From the NCBI GenBank assembly GCA_013265495.1, contig MU058221.1, positions 1,922,001 to 1,986,000 of the forward strand: a DNA stretch of 64,000 bases. The letters run 5' to 3'. The stretch's first letter is position 1. Each line of letters opens with the position of its first letter. The position numbers were made by a program, and so were the translations under genes. Source of the DNA: Vicugna vicugna. Taxonomy: Eukaryota. The notes beneath the pieces were generated by a model. It had not been told where the DNA came from. It did no database searches and saw only the letters and a list, made by a program, of their open reading frames with translations. Positions 39,080-51,300 of the stretch are shown here, piece by piece.

Positions 39080-39545
39080 TTAATTAAAGTATATAACTAC
39101 CAAACCATAAAATTCACCCTTTGAAAATGTACAGTAAAGCAGTGTTGGAATCTTAGCAAAGTTTCAGAACCATCACCACTGTCTAATTCCAGAACATCTT
39201 CCTCATCCCCAGAAGAGACCGCATTCTCATTCACAATCACGGTCCAGTTCTCCTCCATTCAGCCCCACTCGTGTTTCCGTAGACTTGCCTGTTCAAGGCA
39301 TTGTATTTAAATGGGGTCGTACAATATGTGACCTCTGGTGTCAGACGCCTTTTCCTTCCCACGCTGTTTTCAAGGTTCATCCATGTTGTAGCATTTATCT
39401 GCATTTCATTCCTATTGATGGATGAACAGTGTTCTATTATGTGGAGATACCACATCTTATTTATCCATTTTTCAGTTGATGGACATTTGGGTTATTTCCA
39501 CTTAGAGGTTGATTATGAATAATGCTACTATGAACATTTGTCTCT
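39080..39545 (-). mobile_element. Old L1 (L1MB-like) 3' end
   Basis: ACCATAAAATTCACCCTTTGAAAATGTACAG and CAGTTGATGGACATTTGGGTTATTTCCAC. Confidence 0.8.
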
Positions 39546-39634
39546 GCTCACTGACATATTTTAATAGAGGTTCCTTAGGAGATAGACAGAACATTTTAAG
39601 CTCGGAGAAGTGAAGATGTTGAATTTTATTTTTA

Positions 39635-39883
39635 ATTTTTTAAAATTTTTTAATAATTTTTTTTACTGAGGTATAGTCAGTTTACCATGTGCCAATTTCT
39701 GGTGCACAGCACAGTGCCCCAGCCATACATGAACATACATATATTTGTTTTCATACTCTTTTCCACCGTGAGCTACTACAAGATATCAAATTTAGGTCCC
39801 TGTGCTATGGGGCGGGAGGGGGCAAACTGGGAGCTCGAGATTTGCAGATACTGACCAGTATATACAAAATAGATAAACAAGCT
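39635..39883 (-). mobile_element. Short L1 insertion with 5' inversion (twin priming)
   Basis: Minus-oriented L1 3' end to ~39808, then the adjacent L1 segment in plus orientation. TSD-like GATGTTGAATTTTATTTTTAA / GATACTGAATTTTATTTTTAA. Confidence 0.8.
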
Positions 39884-41292
39884 GATACTGAATTTTATTT
39901 TTAAATGGAGGAGTGTTCACATTCTTAGCTTAGTTTAGAGACCCTACTCGGCAGACTGTGCATATCTGCACTGATTTTCGTGGGACAAAAGTGAAATTGA
40001 TTCACACCCCATTACATTAGTGTCATTTATAACACCTTTGTATTTATTGCACATTAAGGTTTTTTTAAAATGGTGAGCTTACATTTTTTTCACAAGTGTG
40101 CCTAAATTTTGTTTACTCTGTGGGGCAAAGAGTAGAAAGGATGGCCTGTCCGTACTTCTTTGTTCCTTAAAACTTAGACTAATTTTTTTTTCTCTTTTGC
40201 TCTGGGGTTCAAGCATCACGCTGGTGATATTAGCAGGTGGCGTCCTTCCTTCCAGCTCTTCATGTATTTATTTCAGTTGAGAGGTTTTGATCAAGCGCTA
40301 TTTTATTTACTTGTTTTTTGTTTGTCTTCTGCGTCTCCCACTACAACAGCAAACTCCACATGGACAGGGACGTACAGTGATCACAAAGGAGCTGGCAGAT
40401 CATACTAAAGTATAAACCTTCATCTTGTGTGCAGTGGGAGAGAGCAAGGGTTTAAGCGGGGGAATGACTTAAGCCGATTTGCATCTTAGTTTAAAAACAG
40501 CTGGAGTTCAGAGCAGGATCATGGTGGTCTGGTGGTGGGAGCACGTCTGGAGGCGGGGAGAGGACTTGAGCTGACGCTGTAAGAGATGCCGATGGCCTGA
40601 TTTAAGATATCGGTAGTGATTGGAAAGTCATGGAATAACGGAAGTGATTGATTGATGTGCTTGGTGAGGGGGAGGGAGAGTCCAGGATCGTCCTCAAGAC
40701 TTCTTTTTGGGCAAGCAGTGGAGTCATGCGTGGCGACAAGTATTTTTTATAAAACACAAGGAGTTTGTGTCATGTGAAGTACCTGAAGACCTTCAAGAAG
40801 AAATAGCCAGTTGATTCTTGGAGATAAGAATCTAGAACTCAGGGAAGAGATTTGTGCTGTGGATAACAGAGTTTTAGTTCATCTAAGCATAAGTGGCTAT
40901 TGAAGCTGTCATTAGGGAAATTTTCCAGAAAAAATATAAAAAGAAGAATAGAGGACTGGGGGTTGAGCTCTGTGGGTTATTGACATTTATTCCATCACGG
41001 AGCCCAAAGAGACAGAATGAGTAGCAGCCAGAGAAGGAAGTCGAGAACCAGACCTGTGATGCGCCATGAAAAGAACACATCGGGGAGTTTGTGGGGAAAT
41101 CTATTAGACATTTATTGAAACAGCATTTATCGGGGACCTAAAAATTGGGTCTTCAGACGATCCCAGTTAATGCTTTGCCACCAGCTTGCAAAGTATTTTA
41201 TTTTTAAACAATTGCCACAGTTAATTCTTGATAATCTCATACAGGTTGTGCCTTCTGACTTTCCACCCTCTTTTTCTTTTTCTTTTTCTTTT

Positions 41293-41449
41293 TTATTGAA
41301 TTATAGTTGATTCACAAAGTTGTGTTAATTTCCGGTGTACAGTATAGTGATTCAGTTATATGTTTCTGTATTCTTTTTTATAGTCCTTTCATTATAGGTT
41401 ATTATGAGATATTGGGACTAGCAGATACAAACTACTGTATATAAAATAG
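41293..41449 (-). mobile_element. Short L1 3' end with a small inverted 5' piece
   Basis: Minus-oriented L1 tail followed by plus-oriented GGGACTAGCAGATACAAACTACTGTATATAAAATAG. Confidence 0.65.
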
Positions 41450-43783
41450 GCTGTTTCCATCCTTAAAAGGCCTTTCCCATGTTGCAAGGAAAAAAGAAAA
41501 AGATAAATGAAGGGCCATCTTTTCTGAATTCGGGTCCAAGTGTATGATTCATGTGAAAACACATTCTTTCCGATGAAGAGTAATTTCATTCATTAAGAGA
41601 AAAATGGAAATGTTCATAATGTTGCCAAAGTGGTTCTCCGCTTTTGTTTTCAGTGAAGCCAAATCTGCTGCATGTTGAAATTGTATCTTGATATACTGAT
41701 GAGAGATGAAATGCTGACACACTTAACTGGTTTCTTTCATTTCACTTTCTTGATGTTGGCTGTGCCCATAGACAGGCAGACAGTCACATGAGATAGTTAT
41801 GATCATTTGGATGAAAGAAAATGTAATATTTTACATAAAATGATGAGAAAATGTAACTGGGAAAACTGTAGGGTAAAGTGGAAATCCAGTCCTAGGGTTA
41901 TTTCCTTCTCTTTAGTTTGTTATTCAGTGTACAGTTCATACCTGTCCCCTGTGATGAAACGAAATACTTCTAAGTTGCATTGTATTTGGAAATCGAACTT
42001 TACTTTTAATTTCTTACCATGAGAATTCTTTCTGTACTTCTTACCCAAATGATACGTTAAAAACTGAAATAGCACATTTATGATTTGTTTCAATCAACGA
42101 AACACATAATAAAATGTCAAATGCTTAGTATTGACAAGAAATTGAATGAAAAGAAGATGCTATACCCAACGGACATTTGGATAAACATGTAAAAAAGGCG
42201 TAACAAATTCAATAAAGTAGATAATTTTTGAACTAGAATTTAGGGAGAAAGTGACTCATTCTGTAGACAAGAAAGCTGAGTTGGAGGAAGGAAATCTATC
42301 TGACTAAAGGTACCTTGACACGTAACTCAAATAGGCTTGAAATTGCATGAGGCCAATTTCAGGAAGACCTACAGCTCCTTTTCCCTTAAGTTGTTATCGT
42401 TTGTAACGCATTCTCTTTGCCAAATGGATGTCATCTCTTTTCTCTAACAGGAGGAATTTTCCTTGATTTTCTTATAAACTTTATCTGGCACTCGTGGGCA
42501 TCTTACAGCATGTTTAATGTTTCCACACTTACTGGATATGTGATCGAGTGTGGCGACAGCAGGTAACCCTGCTTGACTTTACCTGCACAGCCCTTCGGCT
42601 TCACGTTTTATACCATTGCTCCAGCAGGAGGGCCCATCTACCGTCTTTACCTTATTTTTTCCACCTGCCCCAGAACGTAAGGACCAATCAGATGCTGTGG
42701 TCTCTGTATAGCCTTCACTCTCATCCTAGTCAGAATGAGTTACGCCTTCCTCTTCATTCTGGCTTGACGAGTCCGCCTTCCCAGTCCAGCACAGGCAGAG
42801 CTGTTGCATGAACTCCTGGGAATTGCGATCTGCTCAGCTGGCCATTGCTTATAGGGAGGCTCGAGAGGTGAAAACACGAATGTGTTTTACAAGACAGCAT
42901 CCTGGGAAGAAGCCCAAATCAGGCAATGACTCATCAAGCCCGCGTGGTTAGGCTTCGAGGGTTGGTGCAAACTGGAGGCTCCAATCAGAACAGGACACGT
43001 GGTTTGAAACTGAGCAGAGAGATGGCACCTGAAAAAAAAAAAATCAGTGAACCAGAGAATTCTGGACTGTTTTTAGAAGATGCCTGCAGCCTTGGTGGGC
43101 CAGAAGGGAGGCATTAAAGACACTGACCTGAGGAGGACATCAGATCTTTTTCTCAGGCATCATGTAACACTCATAATATATACCATTTACATATAGTAGG
43201 TTGGTAAATTCTTGTCTCATCTGATAAATGTACATGCCTTCATTGTCATGTTTCTGTCATATTCTTTGTGTCTGTTGTTCACTAAGTACAATGTCTGACA
43301 CATTATATGTGCTTAAGTAAATATTTGTTTCATTTATTGAGTTAATTGTTGAACCCACTGTGTATTTAAGTATGACATGTTGACATTTTCAATTTTATGC
43401 CCATTCATTTAATCATTCATTCATTTAAAAAAAAAAAACCTACTAACTGTATCTTGGGAATTATTTGGCAACATTATTGCTTATTCACCATCTAAGGGAA
43501 AAAGCAAACAGTAAATGGTTACAAGAGTTGCATTAGGTGTGGGGACACGTTACTGCATGGGCATTAAAGGAGCCCTTCTGGAATTAGCTATACTCTCAGG
43601 GAGAGGTTAAGGAGTCCGTTTTAGTCCTATGGGTGAATGAGCAGGAGTCAGCCAGGAGGGTCATAGGGCATGGATACCTGTGGATGGAGGGAAATGGTTC
43701 AGTAGGTGAGGGTTCTGGGGATTGAGAACGATAGGAGAGGGCAAATGCAAAGAGAGGTCAGCTCATGGAGTCATTCTGTACTG

Positions 43784-44689
43784 ATAGGCACATGAGAAAA
43801 TACTCAACATGGCTAATTATCAGAGAAATGCAGATTAAAACTACAATGATGCATCACCTCACAGAAGGCAGAATGGCCGTCATTCGAAAGTCCACAAAGG
43901 ATAAATGTTGGAGAGGGTGTGGAGAAAAGGGAACCCTCCTTCACTGTTGGTGGGAATGCAGTTTGGTGCAGCCACTGTGGAAAACAGTATGGATACTATT
44001 GAGACTTTCAAAAGACTGAAAATAGACTTACCATATGATCCAGCACTCCCACTCCTGGGCATGTATCTGGAGGAAACTCTAATTTGAAAAGATACATGCA
44101 CCCCAGTGTTCATAGCATACAATAGCCAAGACGTGGAAGCTACCTAAATGTCCATCGACAGATGACTGGATAAAGAAGTGGTGGTATATGTATATAATGG
44201 AATACTACTCAGCTATAAAAAGAATAAAATAATGGCATTTGCAGCAACGTGGATGGACCTGGAGATTGTCATTCTAAGTGAAGTAAGCCAGACACAGAAA
44301 GAAAAATACCATATGGTATCACTTATATGTGGAATCTAAAAAAAGAAAAAGGAAGATACCAATGAACTCATCTACAGAGAACAGAAACAGACTTGCAGAC
44401 ACAGTAAACAAACTTATGGTTACTTGCGGGAAAAGGGGTGGGAAGGGATAGATTTGGGAGTTCAAAATTTACAGATATTAATTACTATATATAAAAATAG
44501 ATTTAAAAAATCCAAATTTCTTCTTTATAGCAAGGGAACCGTATTCAATATCTTGTAGTAACTTCTAGTGAAAAAGAATATGAAAACAAATATATGTATA
44601 TTTATGTATGACTGGGACATTATACTGTATGCCAGAAATTAACACACTGTAACTGACTATAGTTCAATTAAAAAAAAAAAGAAAAAAAA
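43784..44689 (+). mobile_element. 5'-truncated L1 (ORF2 C-terminus, 3'UTR, poly(A))
   Basis: [24 protein letters not shown]..., with a poly(A) tail at ~44670. Confidence 0.92.
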
Positions 44690-45609
44690 TTTGAACTTTA
44701 TTCTGTCTTAAGCACTGAAGGGCAATAAAGGGATTCAAAGTGCATTTCTTTTGTCCTCCACTGCTTTATTTGCCACCTAATTGTTGATGTTCTAATGTCA
44801 CATGTGCTTCTAGGCATACTTTAGGTCTTAGAACATTAAGCCATCCAGGAATTGATGGAGGACTTGATACCACTGTCACAAATATAATCACCAAAGTCAC
44901 TTAATGGTGGTGTCTGCACTGGAAACCCCACGTCCCTATTTAATCCCGTCTTTAGCAAAATTTAAATTCACTACCAGGCTGAAGCAACGTATGTAGACTG
45001 AGACTTAAAAAAAAAATCTATTAAGGTACAAATAAAACATTATAATTACTTCTCAAGCCAAAGCTCTTTTGAAATTGAATGTATTGATATTTATTGTGGG
45101 GATAACCAGGCCATAAATTCTAGGAACACATTTTATTACTTTCTAAATTAACACAGCTGAACTAAAATGAGACCACGGTTTATAATGACTGGTTAAACTG
45201 CAGTAATGTCCTCTTGAACCCAGTAAATTGGAATCATTATGTACAATCCTCACATTATAGCAGCATTACCTTAAATACTGAGAGAATGTATTCTATTTCT
45301 TGACTTGTAAATGTATTAAACCAGGGCTTTCAAGTGATGGGTGAATTTAAGTCCTCATGTGTCAGTGATACTGCTGTTTATAGACAAAGGGGAGAACTTC
45401 AGAAAGGATCATTTTCACAGCTACCATTCGCTCCTAAAGTCAAAGAAAGATGAACTTTACTTTTCATTGGTATTCTGCAGGTTTTATTCTTCAGAAGTTT
45501 TTAATGAGCTAGAATTATATAAGAAACCTTGATATATTTGTTTCAAATGACAACAGATGGATGTCCAAGTAACCCAGAGCACAGTTGTCTGTCCTAAAAT
45601 ATTACTTCT

Positions 45610-45612
45610 TTA

Positions 45613-45654
<42 letters not shown>

Positions 45655-46032
45655 TGCATGTATACATATACACATATATGTGCATGTATATTTTTTACTG
45701 AAGTACAGTCAGTGTACAACGTTGTCTCAATTTCTTGTGCACAGCACAGTGCTTCAGTCATATAGGAACATACATATATGCATACTCGTTTTCATACTCT
45801 TTTCCACCAGAGGTTACTGTAAGAAATTGAATATAGTTCCCTGTGTTACTCATATAAACTTGTTGTTTATCTGATGTGATGGGACTCCTCCTGTATTCTG
45901 AAATGAGAGACACTCTGCGAGCGTTCAGCAGGTGCGCTATGTGATTCAGTGGGTTTGCAGAGGTAACTCTCCGTGTATTTGTGGGAGAGGGCGAGCTGTG
46001 AGTCTCTCTACTTCGCCATCTTGGCTCGACCC
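45610..46032 (-). mobile_element. Internally deleted L1: ~160 bp of 5'UTR joined to ~180 bp of 3'UTR plus tail
   Basis: The minus strand starts GGGTCGAGCCAAGATGGCGAAGTAGAG (L1 5' end with YY1 motif) and joins the L1 3'UTR at 45870/45871. Imperfect TSD CCTAAAATATTACTTC / CCTAAATTATTATCTC. Confidence 0.75.
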
Positions 46033-46329
46033 TAAATTATTATCTCCTGAAAGACCTTCAGGAATGTAGCTCCTGCACTCTGTTCAGTGGATCAGTTCAG
46101 TGTTGTCGTCTCCTAGTAGTCAGTTTTATTTCTGACGAGATGATAACTAGGATCTCTTAAGTATCCTTGGGCAAGGTCTTAAGCTCACAATCCCAGGTGT
46201 TTCGCAGATCCTAGGAGTAACCTTTTTCCTCTACACATTTCTGAGCGATAAGGTGAGACACTCTTGTTGGAGCCTTTGTTAACCTGGAAAAGAATTTCTT
46301 ACAAATAACTGCTGTTTAAAAATTGGACA

Positions 46330-46660
46330 ACCCAGTTTAGATAAAGGAATTCAGAACCTGACGATGAACTTTGCTGATGGTAACCTGTCAGCGTAGGAGA
46401 GGGTGACCACACTTGTAGGTCACGCTGGGAATACTTGAGGCTAGATGTAGAATTCAAGGCACTTTTATAAATTAAAAAAGAGATGAGAAAATGTGATAAT
46501 GAATTTCACTGGGGCAAGCTCAGGGACCTACACTTCAGAATAATAAGAAGCTATAAAATGTGTAAGATGAGAATGACTCACTTTAGGTCTAATAAGTGAA
46601 AAAAGATCTGGAGATAATAGTGGTCTGAAATCGAACATGAATTAGTCACTCTTGCATAGA
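46330..46660 (+). mobile_element. L3/CR1 LINE relic
   Basis: AACTTTGCTGATGG (FAD RT-motif-like) and GAAAAAAGATCTGGAGATAATAGTGG...AACATGAATTAG (EKDLG..V...NM-like). Confidence 0.55.
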
Positions 46661-47814
46661 ATTGTAGATTAGGAGCTCTGCAGAGTTACAGAGAAAATGA
46701 AGCAACAGAAGGCTGCCCTCCGGAGACCGATGAACTGATGAAAAAATAAATAAACATGAAAGGGCCGAACTACAAAGTATGTATATTGTTCTCATTCATA
46801 CTCAGAGGTAATTTGCCTACTGTTGAGAGCCTCTGTGACGGGTGGAAAGGAGCAAATGTTAAATGATTTTGCACTATTTTCTGTCGGTACTGATAGCAAG
46901 CCAGTTCACTTTCTTCTGAGCTGTGTCCTTGACGTCTGTAGCCTGGGAAAATGTGGGTCATTAAATCATTAGAAGCACTTGGCTCTAGAAGATTAGTTAC
47001 CCTAATTTGCTGCTTCAATTTTTTGGCTTCAGTTATTTCAGCCTTTTAAAAGGTGTGGGCCTGCTTTTTATTTCTCTTTTGGAATGGTCAGTAAGAGATG
47101 TCTCACCTTGGAAGTGATAGCCATCATTCCTGCCATCACCCGAGCTTTCAACTTTTAGTTTGTGTTTGGCTCCCAACCACCCTGACTCCTTACCAGCATG
47201 TTCAGTGTGTTGCATAGAATTGTAATTTCAGGACTGGAGGGGGACCTCAGACGTCCTACAGTTCAGTCATCATCTGAGATACGGATCCTCTTTGCAGGAT
47301 CTCTGATAAATATCCAGACTGTGTTTCCAGTATTTGGAATGACGGGTAACCTTCTAATTCCATTCAAACCTTCCTTTGTGATCTTATCATCTTTTTTTGT
47401 TCTTTCAGCTTTTAACTTGGTTTTGATCGTTGTCATGCCTGGATGTCTGCAAATAGCCTCCTAACTGATCTTTCCCCTCCAATTTTTCTTTCTGACAATG
47501 GTTTGGCACCCCTGTTAAGAGGAAAAGCCCTAAAATACTTTGATCATCTTGCTACCTTGGCTCAGAAATGTTCAGCAATTCCCTGTAGCCTGCAGGATGA
47601 AGTCAGAACTCATTAACTTGAAATAACCCAACTCAACATGTATTTCTGGCTTTAACGTCACCTTTCTCAGCTTCCTCAGCCCCCTGGTCTCCTTACTCAT
47701 GTGGGCTGAAATTGTGTGTTCCTTCCTGTTCCAGTGCTGCTCCAGTGCTCCTTGCCTCACCTCTTCCTGTTCCACTTCTACTCTCTTATTATTTCAATAC
47801 CACTCATGTTTTTT

Positions 47815-48632
47815 AAAATTTTATTTTATTTTATTGAGTTATAGTCAGTTTACAATGTTGTGTCAATTTCCAGTGTAGAGCACAGTTTCTCAGTCATACA
47901 TGAAAATATGTATATATTCATTGTCACATTCTTTTTCACTGAGAGCGACCCCAAGATCTTGTATATATGTCCCTGTGCTGTACAGTATAATCGTGTTTAT
48001 CTATTCTGTGTATAACTGTCAGTATCTACAAATTCCCAACTCCCAGTCTGTCCCTTCCCACTCCTCTCCCCTCCTGGCAACCATATGTTTGTATTCTATG
48101 TCTATGAGTATGTTTCTGTTTTATATTTAAGTTCATTATCTTCTTTTTTTTTTTTTTAGATTCCACACATGAGCGATCTCATATGGTATTTTTCTTTCTC
48201 TTTCTGGCGTACTTCACTTAGAATGACATTCTCCAGGGACATCCATGTTGCTGCAAATGGCGTTATGTTGTCATTTTTTATGGCTGAATAGTATTCCATT
48301 GTATAAATATACCACCTGTTCTTTGTCCAGTCATCTGCTGATGAACATTTAGGCTGTTTCCATATCTTGGCTATTGTAAATAGTGCTGCTGTGAACATTG
48401 GGGTGCAGGTGTCATCCTGAAGTAGGGTTCCTTCTGGATATATGCCCAGGAGTGGGACTCCTGGGTCATATGGTAAGTCTATTCCTAGTCTTTTGAGGAA
48501 TCTCCATACTGTTTTCCACAGTGGCTGCACCAAACTTCATTCCCACCAGCAGGGTCGGAGGGTCCCCCTTTTTTCCACAGCCTCTCCAGCATTTGTCATT
48601 TGTGGATTTTTGCATGATGGCCGTTCTGACTG
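47815..48632 (-). mobile_element. 5'-truncated L1
   Basis: Minus-strand [26 protein letters not shown]... is the L1 ORF2 C-terminus. TSD-like ATACCACTCAT / ATACCATTCAT. Confidence 0.92.
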
Positions 48633-49429
48633 ATACCATTCATTTTTTAACGCCCAAGGCAGTCCTTCTCTTTGGTACTGACTCCGGCCCACAGCCAGCA
48701 CACTGTGATGCTCCTTCTCTGAGCTGCAAGAGGGCCCATTTCAGCCTCAGCCGTTTGGTGCTTAATCACAGGCTAGCTTGTGACAGTTCTTCATATTGTT
48801 CTATTGAACTGTAATTTGTCTTTTGTGTCGATGTTTAAATGCTTTCACATTTTAAAACTTGGCTTTCTTCCAGATTTATTTTATGAGCTGACATGGTGTA
48901 GAGATATGGCTTTCAAACTGTATTCCACCGAACCTTAGGGATTCCTGAAAATGTGACAGGGGAGGGAGGGTGAGCAGCCTGGGACTTGTGGTTCCCTGAC
49001 AGCTTCCGTCCAAACACCTCTGGTTTGATTGTTTTTATATCGAATTTCTGCATTTGATTACTTTTGAGAAAAGCATCGAGACTAAAGATATTTGAAAACT
49101 GTGGATGAGTTTTCCCAGAAAACCTGGAGAGGAACCCAGACTCAGAGGAAAGAGAGTGGATTTGATGCCCAGTTTTAACTCCTTAGTGTCCTCTGCTTTA
49201 GTTTCCTCATGAAAAAAACTAAGGTCAATATATATAAGCTTATATCTCTTCTACTGTAAGTCTCTGATGCTAAGAAAATTGGCTTTGTTAAAATAGAATG
49301 ACTTACTTTTATTTTTAAAAAATGTTTATGGGGAGTGTCTATTTAGATCTGTTATGGTGTTGCTTGCAGTGTTTAGTTACTGTTATGGCCAGAATATTCC
49401 ACATATGGCACATTCATTATAAGCCTAAT

Positions 49430-51300
49430 TAAATGCGAAAAAGGCAAATTATATTTTTACTCTTTCCTTTTGATCAAAACATTATGTATGACATCCACAT
49501 GCCTTTTGCTCCTTGGCATTATTTGCAAAGACCAGAAATCCACATGTAAACTTTAAAACTTTAAGAACATTATCTTCAGAAACCAGGGAATTCAAAAAAA
49601 AGATGACTATTGGATGTACAAGCAGTTTAAAAAGCATGAAGGCTTGAAGGCGAAATCTGTGTATATTTATGGAATGCCGTTCCTTAGATCAGTCTTTTTT
49701 TCTAGTATCTCTTTCAAAGTGGGGGTCCACCATGAAGACAGGTAACAGGTGTAAGGCAGAGGAAAGGTATCTCAGTCTTGCTTGTTTTGCTTGTCCTGAA
49801 CCTCGTACCTACAAGTATTTAAGGACACCAATAGAAGGCATCACCAGAGTATTCAGTTTGAAAAGGGGACCGATTTCGAGCCTGAAATTCACCTGGTCTG
49901 AGGTCTTGCCAAGAGGTTACCGCTTAACTCAGCTCACAGCCACAGTCAAGCAGATCAAAGCCTGACACGTGCAGATACTGGCGTTGTGAAACTCGGTAAG
50001 TTCCAGCCCCAAACCAGAGTCTGTGGACGAGGGACTAAGATTTCCAAGAAGTGAAGTATAGAACCAGGATTTTTCAAATTCTTGTTTTAAGTCTCTATTT
50101 TAAGGAATGAAGCAGAAAGCGATTAAAAACACAACACGGTGCTAGAATAACAAGTCATCCGTGCATCACGGTAGGGTAGCGTAAGGTGCTTAGCATTGTC
50201 ATGAAGAGCGGTGCCCGGCACGCCTCGCAAAGCAAGGTGGGTGTTCCGCGCTGATGGTCCGGGAAGCACTAGTGTGGGAGCTTCTGCGGCTGGTCCTGGA
50301 GTTTGCCAACAGCAGAAGAAGGTGCTGAATTCCACTGGGAGTTTTTGGATGTCTCTTAAGCAGTGAGGATCCCTTTCAGATTCTAAGCAATCATCTCTGG
50401 TGCTCACCCATTTGCACCTTCTCCTCAAGCAAGTCTGTCTTGTTTCAGAAGAGAATTAGGGCAGCATTGCTGAAAACCCGATCACTGACAGTTGTCTCAA
50501 AAAGGCTCACAGATTCCGTAAGGAACTGGTCACCTATCTTCCATACCATCTGGTCAGACCCACCCAAGGAAGTAAGGGGACCTTGATGTCATGCTCTGAA
50601 AGGAAACTTTCAAACCAACATTTTCTTTTTGACCTGTGACCACCTACCTGAGACATTTTGCAGGAAACACATGGAGATGGCAAAATTGTATTTAGGAATA
50701 TTTTGCCGGGTGTTCTGGAAAGCAGAGTATCTTCTTGTGATGGAAGGTACCTGGCTCTTTGAGCTTCTCTCTTCTCAAGGAAATACTTTTACAGATTCAC
50801 CCAGCTGAAATTATCCATGCTTGTCATATGCGCATCTGCCCATTGTGATCTCACAGCAGAGAAATAAAGAAAAAACAAATTCAAAAGCCCCAGCATTCTC
50901 AGGATTCCTTGGGCTGCCACGGGTGGCTGGGTGTCATCTGGGCTTCACTGAGTTGGTTGAATTACCTCCTCAGGGAATATGAAGCTTCTCTTGAAGTCTT
51001 CCGGCACCTGTGTACCTTTGCTCATGTTGCTGGAGATAGTGGCGTGGAAATCCTCACAGGCGCTGCTCAGAGTCCTGCCCGTGGGTAACCCGCATCGGCT
51101 TCAGGAAGGTGGGCCTGCTGCCCTGGTCTGCTCCCGGCGTCAGGATTCCTCACCAACTGCTTCACGTAGGCCTGACTTTTCCCAGGACGGACACTTGTCC
51201 GTCCCCTTGGACTTCTGCTGCTGCCTGGCCTGGCCTGCATCTCCACACCGCTGGTTGGGTGTCCTGACAGCAGAGACACAGGGAGAGGAAGTCCTGCTGG
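49430..51300 (-). pseudogene. GNA13: Processed GNA13 (G-protein alpha-13) pseudogene: full CDS span plus proximal 3'UTR
   Basis: Frameshifted minus-strand peptides match GNA13 in order: QQQKSKGTDKCPSWEK (EQQRKSKEIDKCLSREK), YVKQLV, TFLKPMRVTHGQD, EKLHIP, FQLGESVK, TESVSLFETTVSDRVFSNAALILF*NKTDLLEEKVQ, DPHCLRDIQK, LHDNAKHL. The stop remnant TGA is at 50166-50168. The whole CDS spans ~1.13 kb, so it is intronless. The 3'UTR left boundary is approximate. Confidence 0.92.
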
